Shown here: one piece after another, positions 24,347 to 36,600 of the stretch
How positions within the stretch are numbered: position 1 is the first letter of the stretch
How the letters are laid out: every line of letters begins with the position of its first letter
Source of the DNA: Podarcis muralis
Lineage: Eukaryota
Reading direction: 5' to 3'
Assembly: GCF_964188315.1 (NCBI RefSeq)
Contig: NC_135658.1
Location: 3,224,001-3,288,000, forward strand
DNA: 64,000 nucleotides
Made by a program: the position numbers and the translations under genes
The notes under the pieces: model-generated
What the model saw: the letters and a program-made list of their open reading frames with translations, nothing else
What the model was told of the DNA's origin: nothing
Databases searched by the model: none

Positions 24347-25312
24347 TCAATGAGAACCTCCCTCACTCCCTATCCTCATTATCCTCAATGCCCGTTTCCG
24401 AATCTCCTTGGTCCTGGCTCCATAGACAATGGGGTTGAGCACTGGAGGCACCAAGAGGTAGACATTGCCCATTGTGATTTGAATCAGCACAGGAAGGTCT
24501 CTCCCAAACCTGTGCACCACAGACAGCCCAATCAGGGGCACGTAGAAGGACAAGACAACACACACATGGGCCACACAGGTCCCAGAAGCCCGGAGGCGCT
24601 CCTCCTTTGACTTCAGCTGCAAGACAGTCTTAATGATCATCACGTAGGAGACAAAGATGAGCAGAGAATCGAGACCCATCACCAGGAGAATGGCAGCCAA
24701 GCCATACACAACATTGGGTGTGGTGCTGTTGCTCGAAGCCAGGTGCATCACGTCTTGGTGGAGGCAGTAGGAATGGGTGAGGTTGGTGGAGCCACGGAAG
24801 TGCAGGCGGCTGATCAGAAAGGGCAGAGGAAGGAAGAAGACGACACCTCTCACCACGGCCACCAAGCCCACTTTCACTGTCACTGCATTGGTGAGGATGG
24901 AGGAATGCTGCAGAGGGTGGCAGATGGCCACATAGCGATCCACTGCCATGGCCAGAAGGATGGTGGACTCCACTCCGGACAGAGAGTGGATGAAGAACAT
25001 CTGGAGGAGGCAGGTCCTGTAGCCAATTTCCTTGGCATCAAACCAGAAGAGGGACAGGAGTTTGGGCATGGTGCAGGTGGAGAGGGCCAGGTCCACGGCA
25101 GCCAGCATGCAGAGGAAGAAGTACATGGGCGTGTGGAGGGCTGGCTCCGTCTTCACGACAAGCACCACGGTGCAGTTGCCCACCACGGCCACAAGGTACA
25201 TGGCGCAGAGGGGGAAGGCCAGCCAGAAGTGGGCACCTTCCAGGCCAGGCAGGCCCATCAAGATGAACGAGAAGGTGTCGCTATGAGTTCTGTTGGTGGC
25301 TGACAATGACAT
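24347..25312 (-). CDS. OR51E2-like: OR51E2-like class I olfactory receptor, copy C, 321 aa
   Basis: The true ATG is at 25312 (MSLSATNRT as in A and B); the ORF-track start at 25375 is a TTG upstream of the splice acceptor at about 25347. All OR motifs are present except the ECL2 Cys pair. Confidence 0.94.
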   Translation of the reverse strand: MSLSATNRTHSDTFSFILMGLPGLEGAHFWLAFPLCAMYLVAVVGNCTVVLVVKTEPALHTPMYFFLCMLAAVDLALSTCTMPKLLSLFWFDAKEIGYRTCLLQMFFIHSLSGVESTILLAMAVDRYVAICHPLQHSSILTNAVTVKVGLVAVVRGVVFFLPLPFLISRLHFRGSTNLTHSYCLHQDVMHLASSNSTTPNVVYGLAAILLVMGLDSLLIFVSYVMIIKTVLQLKSKEERLRASGTCVAHVCVVLSFYVPLIGLSVVHRFGRDLPVLIQITMGNVYLLVPPVLNPIVYGARTKEIRKRALRIMRIGSEGGSH

Positions 25313-25619
25313 GTCTGGTGCGATGCCCTTGTGTTGTTCTACACAGCTGAAAGGGAAGGAGAGAGAAGGAGTCAAGTGGGTTTGAGCCCATGAAACCAGA
25401 ATGGCAGCTCCCCATTCCTATGTGGCCAAGCAGAGGGAGTCAATTCCAAGGGGTAATAGGATGAACATTAGCTAGGAGGGGTTGAAGGAACAATGAGGGT
25501 AATGCCCAGGCCTGCCAGTTGACTTATTTCTAGTCCAGTTTTAAGCCAGTCAGTAAAACCCCAAAGCAGAGCAGAATTAAAAATGAACAGCTCATGTTCT
25601 TCAAACCAAGGATCAGGAA

Positions 25620-26003
25620 ACCAAATTTTACGAGGAACGCTTAGGGGTTATGTTTTGCCTGGGGAAGAGAATACAGAGAGGTCACACGATAGCCATCTTC
25701 AAATAGCTGAAGGGATGTCACATGGAAGATGGAGTAAGCATCTCTTCTGCTGCTCCAAATGGTAGGACCTGAACCAATGGTTTCAAGTTACAAGAAAGGA
25801 GATTCCGACTACATCTCAGGAGTAAGAGCCTTTTGACACTGGAACAGACTCCCATGAGAGGTGGTGGACTCTCCTTGCTTGTAGGTTTTGAAGCAGAGGT
25901 TGGGTGGCCATCTGTTGGGGAGTCTGTAGTTGTAGATTCCTGCATTGCAGGGGGTTGGACTAGATTACCCTTGGGGTCCCACTCAACTCTACAATTCCAT
26001 GAC
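25620..26003 (+). mobile_element. CR1 LINE 3' fragment
   Basis: CR1 C-terminal and 3' UTR sequence ending CCAACTCTACAATTCCATGA. Confidence 0.75.
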
Positions 26004-26198
26004 TAGGAACATAGGAAGCTGCCTTATACTGAGTCAGAACATTTGTCTATTTAGCTTAGGATTTCCCACACTGACTGGCAGTGGCTCTCTCAGATTTCAG
26101 GCAGGAGTCTCTCCCACGTCTACTAGGAGATGCCAGGGATTGAACCCAGGAACTTCTGCTTCCAGACAAATGCTCTACCACTGAGCTATGGACCTTCC
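26003..26198 (-). mobile_element. tRNA-derived SINE (probably Squam2-type)
   Basis: Minus strand reads ATAGCTCAGTGGTAGAGCA...GGTTCAATCCC and ends TTCCTATGTTCC. Related copy at 47430-47605. Confidence 0.75.
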
Positions 26199-26368
26199 CA
26201 TTTTTAACAACAACAACAACAACATCAGAGGACAGGATAAAATCAGTAACTGCCATAAAAGCAGTAGTTATTAATGACCACAAGTCAAATTAAAATGCAA
26301 CCTCCATGCTTGGTTGTGGTGAACTTCTCTGACTAGCAAATACTGGCGACTAAGAGCAGAACATTGAA

Positions 26369-26709
26369 GGGATGCGGGTGGCTCTGTGGTTTAGACTTGC
26401 TAATCAGAAGGTTGCGGTTCTAATCCCCGCAACGGGGTGAGCTCCCGTTCCTTGGTCCCTGCTCCTGCCAACCCAGCAGTTTGAAAGCACGTCAAAGTGC
26501 TAGTAGATAAATAGGTACCGCTCCGGCGGGAAGGTAAATGGCATTTCCGTGCGATGCTCCGGTTTGCCAGAAGCGGCTTAGTCATGCTGGCCACATGACC
26601 CGGAAGCTGTACGCCTGCTCCCTTGGCCAATAAAGCGAGATGAGCGCTGCAACCCCAGAGTCGGCCACGACTGGACCTAATGGTCAGGGGTCCCTTTACC
26701 TTTACCTTT
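26369..26709 (+). mobile_element. Sauria SINE (Squam1)
   Basis: GGGATGCGGGTGG head, (ACCTTT)n tail, 15-bp TSD TAAGAGCAGAACATT. Confidence 0.92.
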
Positions 26710-29700
26710 AAGAGCAGAACATTAGATTCGCGACACATTCAGTGCTGCTGCTGCTGCATTATGTGCAAAAGGCGCCATGTGTGTGGTCAGCCTGCCTGCC
26801 AGCCTCTCTTCTCCAATGACCCAGTTGCTGTGGCCACACCCTTTCTCAGTCCTTTTTTTCGGGGGGGGGGGGATGCATACCCCTAAACATTTTGTGAATC
26901 TTTGTACCTTTGTCCATTTTGCTGTATTTATTTTCCCCGATTTGGATTTTCTTGAGTCAAAACGAGAGTATCCCTAAACATTTTTTAGAAAGGAAAAAAG
27001 CACTGCTCTTTCCTACCTTTGACTGCAAAGACATCAGAACAGCAGCCTAACACATCCTACTCAGAGGTTAGCGGGTTAGCAGGTCAACCTTTGCCAACCT
27101 GATATCTCCAGATGTTTTGGACTACAGCTTCCATCTCTTTCAGCAGCCAGCATGGGCAATGGTCTGGGACGAAAACATCTGGAAGGCACCAGAATCACAA
27201 AGGCTCATCTAAGCACCAGGGTTGCCTGTCTTGAGTTCAAAACATGGAGCTGGAAAGCAGTGCCATGCAGGAAGTTGGACTCAGCGAGCCTTGGGGTATC
27301 TTAGCAATGCTACAATGCTTCTGCGGCTCAAAGTTTGCACATTTTCATGGCGCTTTCTCCCTGAGTTATGGAAAGGGTGAGAGGGGGAAATATTATGTAG
27401 CCCTGCCTCCCCAGCACTTCTTCCATTCATACAGAGCAGAATATTGTCATAGGTCTTGGGTACCAGAGTCTGTCAGTGAATGGTAGAAATCAATACATGG
27501 CAGCATTTAGATAATACCTGGAATATGAAGGGAAAATACAATCTGCAGAACTGTGACATATGCAAATTTCCTAGGTTGGCTTTGGACTTAAGCTTTCTGA
27601 AGGGGGGCAATGAGGGACACTCTAGGGGCATAATGTTCTGCAACACCCCCCCCCCCCATTGAAAACCTCCGGCGTAAATATATTCCAAATAAACCAACCG
27701 CATTGGCCAGTATATCAGCCACACATTTATTCCAATTTCCGACCATGAAAAGTTAAAGTGCGGCTTAAATTCGCGACCTTACAAAAATTGGCTTTTACGA
27801 TATCACTGCTGAAACAGACGTACGGTAAAACAGAACAAAAAAAATGTTTTCTTGCCAATTTGCGAGCTTGAATGCCTGCGGAATTGCAGCAACTGAATAG
27901 CGATTTGCAACTTTAGCAATTGTATGTTAACTTTTGCGGGCTTGCAAGATCGAAGGCTTAAATTGGCTAGGAGTTACAATTCTACTAACCACAGTGGTTT
28001 TCAGCCTGTAACCCAATTTTAAGGGAGCGGCTTATATTCGGGTATTGTCTTTTTTCCTCTCCCCCCTCCCCTTTGAATTTTAAAGGTGCGGCTTATATTC
28101 GGGCCAACACACTATTTCTTAGAGAAACTCTAGCCTTCACAGTGCCTCGATTTTCCCAGTGGAAACACAATCCTGGGTGAGCTTCTGGACCCCCCTGGAA
28201 TCTTGCTATTGCTCTGCAGAGATTAGGGCATGGAATGCAACCTTCGTGACAATACTTTGAGTGGAACACTAGGATACGTGGGAGGTTGCTGTGGTTTTTA
28301 TAGAGGGCAGGCAGTGTACACACCATAACTTTAGCACATTTGGAGCATGTTCTGTCCCTTAAATAATTCTCTTGTTCACCTTGCACAGTTACAGTTCCCA
28401 GAAACCCTTTGATCGTAAGAGCAGCCTGTGTCACCAGGCCAATGGCCCGTCTAGTCCAGAATCCTGTTCTCACAGTGGCAAAAAGATGCTTGTTATGGGA
28501 ACACCACAAGCCAGGATCCGAGCGCAAGAGCATCTTCCCCTCCTGTGGTTTCCACCAATGCAGGCGCAAACTGCACTGCCCATAATTCTGTGAGGGGGAA
28601 AATAAGAAGAGCCTTCAAATGTCCTTCAAAATATGCTTCAAAAATGTGTTTTAAGGGTACAGTGGTTTGCACAGCCCATGAGACTGTGCAGACAAGCAAA
28701 TTGACTCTTGGGAAACCTCTGCGTAAAAGAAGCCTGCAAACCAGCCCCAGGAAGTTATTCTCCCAGCCTCTCCTTGATATCATCTTGGTAAAAAGCCCCA
28801 TACAAGTGTCTGGCCTCATACAAACATCCCACCTCCCTGTTTCTGCTCCGGTGCCTTTTATCGCGAGCAGGCGCCTCGAGACAGGACGAAAGGATTCTCA
28901 ACTTTTTTTGTGGGGGGGGGGGGAATACACAAAGCCCAGGTTCGCAACGCACCTAAGATTCAAGAGGCAAGCATCCCCTACCTGTCCCGTACCTTTGTCA
29001 CTCTGGGAGGGGGCTCATCCTCCAGCACCAGAGGCCAGGTGGACCCTTCCTTGCAACGAAAGCCACTAGCAGCACTGAACAGGCGGGAGGAGGCTGGAAT
29101 TATAGCACACTCTCAAGCCCGGCCCCTTGGGGACAGTTTGTCATTGCCACGGGGGGGGGGGGGCGCTGCAAGAAGCTCAACTGTTGAACTGAAGCTGCCT
29201 TATATAGCTAGCTCACCGAGCTGAGTGTGGCATGCTCTGACATACAGCAGCAGTAGCTCTTCAGACGGAGTTATTTTCCCAGCCTGAGGATCCCTTTCCG
29301 ATGAAAGAGGAGGATGAAGACTGAACCAGGGACCTTATTTGGCTGGGGAGGGAGGGATATAAATAAAATTTTATTTTTATTTTTATTTTTATTCATGCAC
29401 AGGATGTGCTCTGTGACACTACTTGAAAAGAGACTCCTTAGGGTAGTGAAAAAGTGGGATATTAAATCCAAACTCCTCCTCCTCCTCCTCCTCCTCCTCC
29501 TCCTCCTCCTCCTCTTCTTCTTCTTCGCCTTGGTGAAGACTTGACGTTTTTATCCCCCAAAAAGTTTTTGATTGAGTTTCCACTGAATTGAGGCTGTGTT
29601 TTAATGTTTCAATGTTGTATTTTAATCTTGTTTTTTCAGCAGTATTTCAATCAATTGTTTTTATATTTGGTGTTAGCCGCCCTGAGCCCGGTCTTGGCTG

Positions 29701-30784
29701 GGGAGGGCGGGGTATAAATAAAATATTATTATTGTTGTTGTTGTTGTTGTTATTATTATTATTATTCTACTGCAGCCCCTTCCAAGAGCACGCAGGCAGA
29801 CAAGGGCTTCAGTATGCCTCTGCCCCAGTTCTCTGTTGCTGATGATCACGTCAGGTTGCACCATGTTGTTGACAAACAGATAACTCAGGCGCTGAGGAGG
29901 AAGGATCCGTGGCCCAGGGAGGTCTCTGGTCAAACTGAACTGGAAGAAGAGCAGGGGAAACGGGGTCATGAACAGAGTGTTTCCGAATTCCATCAGTTTC
30001 CGATGATGAGCATAAAAAGCGTTCAGTAAATTACATTTGCTGTGGTCCCTGAATGACCCTCTGGCTTTCTTCCAGCTCAACCAGTTGCATTCTGTGAAAC
30101 TTCCTCCTCTGTGTAAATGCACACAGGTTTGCAGCCAAAGGCGGCTGGCTGAGGCTGCAGTCTGAAAATGTGTGCTTTCTTGTAACCTGAACCAATGGGT
30201 TCAAATGACAAGAAAGGAAATTCCGACTAAATATTAGGAAGAACTTTCTGAGGATGGGAGCTGTATGGCAGTGGAACAGACTTCCTTGGAATCTGGTGGA
30301 CTCCCCTTCACTGGAGGCTTCCCCCCCCCAACAGGAAGCCATAGATCTGTAGAGGTGGAGGGGACCCCGAGGGTCATCTAGTCCAACCCCAGCAATGCTG
30401 GAATCTCTGCTAAAGCATCCAAGACAGGAAACTGGAGGTTTATAAGCGAAGGTTGGCTGGCCATCTGCCAGGGCTTCTCTAGTTGTGATTTCTGCATATC
30501 AGAGCGTTGGACTAGATTACCCCTGGGGTCCTTCCCATAATTCTATGAATAGGAAAGGGTTGTGGTTTATTGAAATCAGCAGGACTTAGTTCCAAGAAGA
30601 CATTATTTGGATATGTGCATAGGGATGTGACAGGAATCAGTTCAGTTTGCCTTCAGAGCTGAATTTTATCAAATTCGTGATTCCAGAAACGAAATGAGAA
30701 CGGAAATGCAGACAACCTCCAGATTTCATGACTCATGCACCCACTGTGAAGTGGGTGACCCAATGATGTTCATAATCAGCATTA

Positions 30785-31044
30785 CAGTGGTACCTCTGAT
30801 TGCGAATGGGATCCGTTCCGAAGGTTCGCTCGCAACATGAAAAGAGCACAGCCCACAGTGGCGCATCTGCGCACGCACAGGTTGTGACTCGCTGCTTCTG
30901 TGCATGCGTGTGACGTCATTTTGTGTGTCTGCACATGCGCGAGCGGCGAAACCCGGAAGTAACCCTTTCCGGTAATTCTGGGTAGCCGCGGGACATATCC
31001 TGAAAGAACGTAACATGGAGCAGACGTAACATGAGGTATGACTG
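30785..31044. mobile_element. Tigger/pogo-like MITE, CpG-rich
   Basis: TA|CAGTGGTACCTC ... GAGGTATGACTG|TA. Confidence 0.78.
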
Positions 31045-31173
31045 TAATAAGTTTTAATAGAACACACCACACTTGGCGCTTTCTGCAGCTGGTGAAGCGA
31101 ATAAAAGAGAGTGTGGAAAACTGCCTTCCACCAACTCAGGCCATAGGTTCTTTTGTCTCAGTACTGTCTAGAC

Positions 31174-31349
31174 CTGGGGTAGTCAACCTGGTCCCTACTG
31201 CCCACTAGTGGGCATTTCAGGATTCCAGGCAGGTGGTAGGGGGTTCTACACCACATGTTACTGCAGCACTGGTGGGTGGTAAGGAAATTTTACCATCGAG
31301 AAAAAAATGCATTAGTGGGCGGTAGGTATAAGAAGGTTGACTACCCCTG
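31174..31349. mobile_element. hAT (Charlie-like) MITE
   Basis: TIR C(T/A)GGGGTAGTCAACCT. 8-bp TSD GTCTAGAC/GTCTAGAT matches the NTCTAGAN target. Confidence 0.88.
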
Positions 31350-31390
31350 GTCTAGATTAACTGGCTGTGGCTCATCAAGGTGTCAGGTAG

Positions 31391-31642
31391 GAAGAAGAAG
31401 AAGAGAAGAAGCGTTTGGATTTGATATCCCGCTTTATCACTACCCAAAGGAGTCTCAAAGCGGCTCACAATCTCCTTTCCCTTCCTCCCCCACAACAAAC
31501 ACTCTGTGAGGCGAGTGGGGCTGCGAGACTTCAGAGAAGTGTGACTGGCCCAAGGTCACCCTGCAGGAGGAGCAGGGAAGTGAACCCAGTTCACCAGATT
31601 ACGAGTCTACCACTCTTAACCACTACACCACGCTGGCTCTCC
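31391..31642 (-). mobile_element. tRNA-derived SINE (Squam3-type)
   Basis: Family match to 4905-5172. Confidence 0.85.
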
Positions 31643-32435
31643 CAGGCATGCATTGCAGGGGGTTGGGCTAGATGACCTTCAGGGTGCCTTCCAACTCTAA
31701 GATTCTGTGATTCAGGTGGAACCTGAGACCTTCTGCATGGACGGCAGATGTTCCACCACCCAGCTGCAGCCGTTCCCCATAAAGTGCAGCCCACAAAAGG
31801 CTTCTGGCACAAAAAAATGTGTTGGTATATAAGGTGCCACCAGACTCTTTTATTAGCATTGCGATGGAAACTGTTATAAGGAAAATACTGCTCCTTTTCC
31901 CTTCTGGGGTATCCAAGAGCCCATATAGAGTCCTTAAGCTCTTAAGTCCCTATCAGAAGGAGAAAATAAGAGAGGCCAACCTGAGTACATTGAGAAGCAA
32001 GGCAGCTAGTGAGCCTGATCCTTATTAACTGTTGCCTCCTGCGTGTGGTGAGTGGCGACCCTGTTGCAACAGTTAATAAACTCAGCTTACTGGTCTGGAC
32101 TCTCATCCTCCAAAAGGAAACCAATAAACATATATAATCCAGTGCTGTCCCAAGTATTAATTCCTTTCCAAAACAGGGACTGTGTTTTTTTTTAAAAAAA
32201 GACATTGTAAAATCAACAAAAAAGAGCAGCAGCTGAGCTTTGTCTGTCTGTTTCTCTCTGTGTGAGGCTATTCTGAGAGTCTCATGTCAAGAGACGTCAG
32301 TAAATCCGTTTCTGCTGAAAACCAGGAGCCAGTAATGGTGGGGCTTAGACAGCCATAGAAGTGTAGAGGTGGAGGGGACCCCTGAGGGTCATCTAGTCCA
32401 GCTCCCTGCAATGCAGGAATCTCAGCTAAAGTATC

Positions 32436-33241
32436 TGTCAGGGGCTCAGGGACTGAGCCACAGGAGAAGGAGGAGATGGAGAGCGAAGGGGAACAATCGG
32501 AGGGGAGCGCAGGAGGGTGTGACAGTGACCAGGGAGATTCCCTGAGTCTCTCCAGCGAATCAGAAGATTCCCAGAAGGAGGCCCCCAGGGTCAGGGCAAG
32601 GGGGGCCAGTGGGGAGTCGCCAAGCGGCAGCTGGAAATCAGGGGTAGCTTCCCCACCAGAGCGCGGGGGGGGGGGGAGAATCCCACAGATTAGAACAAAA
32701 GCCTCCTCCTGCAGGAGGAGGGAGTGAGGCAGGACTGACCACGCCTCCGTCAGAGAGTGGAGGGGCGGAGGAGAGAGCAGGGCCGTCCAGCCTCCCGGAA
32801 GGAGAAAGCAGTGAAGGGAGCAGTGTAGCCGTTAGGAGGAAAGTGGGCGGCTGGGCGGGCGCGCCAAGTTCAAATGTAGAGGCGCGAGGGACAGCAGAAA
32901 ATCCGGATTGGGAGCCAGGTCCCAAAGCCCGCCGGAGACAGGGGGAGGAGTCAGAAGAATCCGCCTCCGAAGAGTCCAGGAGGGTTGGAACCCCAGAGGG
33001 CAGGAGGACCCGGAGGAGAAAGGAGCAGAGGGAGGAAAGGAAGAGGTGGAGCAAAGCTCGGGTATTGAACTGGTGTAAAGGAGGGGCGGATTCAGACGGG
33101 ACTTCGTCGGTCTAAGGACTCAGACGTAGCGCTGCGCGCCACTGATGTCAAACCAACAATGAACCACAATAAAGACTTTTGTTTATAAAGAGCAACTGGC
33201 GTTGGTCCTTTGTGAGCTGGGACCTGAGGCAGCCGCTGACA
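32436..33241 (+). mobile_element. Solo LTR (806 bp) carrying a long acidic/Arg-rich ORF
   Basis: TGTCAG...CTGACA termini, 5-bp TSD GTATC at 32431-32435 and 33242-33246, AATAAA near 33170. Inserted in a CR1 tail. Confidence 0.9.
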
Positions 33242-33478
33242 GTATCCATGGCAGATGGCCACCCAACCTCCACAACCTCCCAAGGGAGATTGTTCCACCG
33301 TCAAACAGCTCTTACCCTCAGAAAACTCTTCCTAACATTGAGTCAGAATCTCCTTCCCTGTAATTGTAATTTTGTGGGGTGTGTATACCTTGTTTTAAGT
33401 TTCCTTGGAAGGAAGGTCACTGAAGGCTGCAGCCTTTTCTGTGATATTAAGTTCATTGAATACACATACTGTATACAA

Positions 33479-33825
33479 GGGACGCGGGTGGCGCTGTGGG
33501 TTAAACCACAGAGCCTAGGGCTTGCCGATCAGAAGGTCGGTGGTTCGAATCCCCGTGACGGGGTGAGCTCCCGTTGCTCGGTCCCTGCTCCTGCCAACCT
33601 AGCAGTTCGAAAACACGTCAAAGTGCAAGTAGATAAATAGGTATCACTCCGGCAGGAAGGTAAATGGCGTCTCCGTGCGCTGTTCTGGTTCGCCAGAAGC
33701 GGCTTAGTCATGCTGGCCACATGACCTGGAAGCTGTACGCTGGCTCCCTTGGCCAATGAAGCGAGATGAATGCCACAACCCCAGAGTTGTCCGCTACTGG
33801 ACCTAATGGTCAGGGGTCCCTTTAC
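33479..33825 (+). mobile_element. Sauria SINE (Squam1)
   Basis: Full head-to-tail match, TSD TACTGTAT(A/T)CAA. Confidence 0.92.
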
Positions 33826-36017
33826 TGTATTCAAGTTGAGTATAATTTAGAGCATTCACCTTCCAGCAGATCCTGCTACCCCATTAGGTTTTTGGCGGTG
33901 GGGTAGGGTCCTGGAAGGCATCACTTGGATTCTAGCTGAGGACAAATAAGGCTCCTCTCTTTTCCCCAGGGTCATATCTCAAACTGACTGGCTATTGTCC
34001 TCCCTCTCTCACGCACAGACCTTGTGGATTTCACCTCCAGCCACAGGAGGGATGGGACCCCCTCAGCTCACTTTCCAGAAATACATCTCCAGCTTTTTAG
34101 GTTCTAGCGAAGCATCACGGCCCAAACTTACATAACAAAGCAGACCTGTTAAATTGCCTCTCCCAATTTTGTAGGGTTTTGACACTGACCCCAGTAAGCT
34201 CCCGTTTGGACCAGCACTGCACTGAACACGGAGAGGCCTGGAAACTTCAGTCAGCTTGCAAAATAACAGTAATATGAAATAGAAGTCCACACCTTGATTT
34301 CTTGACTCTCTCCTGAGAGATCTATGCCACAGATCTAATAAGACGCACAGAAGCCGGAAAACAAGAAGCAAACCATGAGATTCAAATCTATGGGTTAAGC
34401 AAAGACACTCCAAATTACCCCTCTTTTCCTTCAAAGCACATTATCTTGCATGCCCTCAAGCCAGGCTGTTTTCCTTCCGAGTTACATTTCTCCCCAGATG
34501 GAAACATCTCAAAGAAAGGATGTGGTCTGTTTATCCCACTGTGTTGGGTCCGTCGTCCGCCGCCGCCCCCCCCTTCCAGAAAGCAATTTTTGTTCCCAGA
34601 GTCAAAAATAAGTCTGCTGAATGCTCCCTCCCTCCTTCCACCCCCATTTTTCTCCAGATCAGAGCTGCTGCTTCCTCCAGGGCAGGGCAAGTGGTGTGGA
34701 AGATTGAGGGGACCAGGTGGGGCTGGGGAACTGGGGAACTGGCCATGCAGTGGAAGAGCTGGGGGGGGGGTTCTAACTTGGTACAAAAGGAGAAGGGGGC
34801 TCTGGCCAGCCGAATGGCACAGCTCTCATGCATGCACATGTCCAGGAAGCTCCGGGTGGAGTGGGGAGTGTTCTTCCAGTTTGCATGACCCAGTTAATCC
34901 CCAGTAGTTTATTTAGATATTTATTTACAGATTTCTCAAATGTTGGCTCTAGGTGGGTGTCCTCACGTGATTTCCATGAAGGAATTGTCCTGGAAATAAA
35001 TTCGCTGGTGTCAAGCGATGTGGCTCTCTGCTGTCTCTCCTCTGCCAGGGGCGACCCCTTTGGAGACACCAGCCTTAAGAAAAGGCCAGCGCAATCCAGA
35101 TTACACCTCACAGACACACACACCCTGTTTCCTACATTTCCTGGGGGAGGAATGCTGAACTCAACCAGCAAGTCACACAAGAGACTCAGATCTACAGCTG
35201 CAAATAGAATGTTTTAAGTGCAATATGAAGACAGGAGTGCCTGGCATGCTCTGGTCCATGGGGTCACGAAGAGTCGGACTCGACTAAACAACAACAAAGT
35301 GCAACATACAATGTGACACTAGATGGCGATGGTGAGCCTTATGGAAAATTCAATGTATTTTTTAAAAACTCTTTTTTAAAAAAAGCATTTTCAGAACTTT
35401 GTTATTTGTGTAGATTCCACCAGTGAAGGACAATCCTGGTAAGAAACGAGAGACAGGACTATTGAAATATCTGAAGGGATGTCAGATGGAAGGTGAAGCA
35501 GGCCTGTTTTCTGCTGCTCCAGAGGAGAGGACACAGATTCAAATGGCCAGAAAGAAGATTTGGACTAAGCCTTAGGAAGAACTTTCTGAGAGTAAGAGCT
35601 GTTTGACAGCGGAACAACTCTCTCAGAAGGTGGTAGACTCTCCTCCCTTGGAGGCTTTTCAGCCGTGGTCAGGCCGCCAACTGTCAGGGATGCTTTAGTT
35701 GTGATTGCTGCATTGCAGGGGGTTGGGCTTCCAATCTACTATTCTATGATTCTATGAACCTCCCTGCTTTTTCCTAGGGCCAGCCAAGGATGTGGATTGG
35801 AGCTCAAGGACTGTCAGCGTAATAATTCCTGGAGCTCTAAAAAGCACAGGTTGCCACAGTGTTGGTCCCTACAAAAAGGCCCTCTCCTCTTTTCTATCGG
35901 CCCACCCTCCCATCCAAGGTCCAGCTAAAATAGTGTGGTGGGTCGGTGGGGGTCAGTCTGGATGATGCCCTGAGTCCTCCCAGTTCTTGCGGTCCAGTAA
36001 TCAGGGAGGAAACTAAC

Positions 36018-36243
36018 AGAAGAAGAAGCGTTTGGATTTGATATCCCGCTTTATCACTAACAATCTCCTTTCCCTTCCTCCCCCACAACAAACACTCTGT
36101 GAGGTGAGTGTGGCTGAGAGACTTCAGAGAAGTGTGACTGGCCCAAGGTCACCCAGCAGCTGCATGTGGAGGAGCAGGGAAGCGAACCCGGTTCCCCAGA
36201 TTACGAGACTACCGCTCTTAACCACTACACCACACTGGCCCTC
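36018..36243 (-). mobile_element. tRNA-derived SINE (Squam3-type) with an internal deletion
   Basis: Family match, lacking about 25 bp relative to the other copies. Confidence 0.82.
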
Positions 36244-36600
36244 TGGTTTAGAGTTTGCTGAACTGGTCAGACGAGTTTCCTTGGAAGAGAATGACCTTAG
36301 TTGGTCACTTCAGTGTCCTCACCAGCATCCCCAAAGAATGAACTAGCTTGCAAGAGCTACAAATAAGTGATGGTGCCGTTCTGGCTAATGAATGGACCTT
36401 TCCTCCGTGCCCTCACCTAACTGCTAGGGAGGACAAGAGCTGCAGGAATTGTGTGTGAAGAAGCTGGAAGCAGGCTGGAAGCTGGAGACACAGAGACCTG
36501 CTTGCTCCATGCTGGAGCCAAAGCTGTGACCAATGGAGAAGCAAGACCTGTTGGGGTGTTGATGCTGTGAGCCCCTCCACCTTAGACTCAGGTTATATAG

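Noticed and set aside
25313-25375. 21-aa N-terminal extension of OR51E2-like copy C in the ORF track
   Set aside because: Starts at TTG and crosses the polypyrimidine tract and splice acceptor.
29673-30122. 149-aa minus-strand ORF in mostly unique sequence
   Set aside because: No recognisable domain, it ends in a microsatellite/L2 tail, and ORFs of this length are expected by chance in 64 kb.
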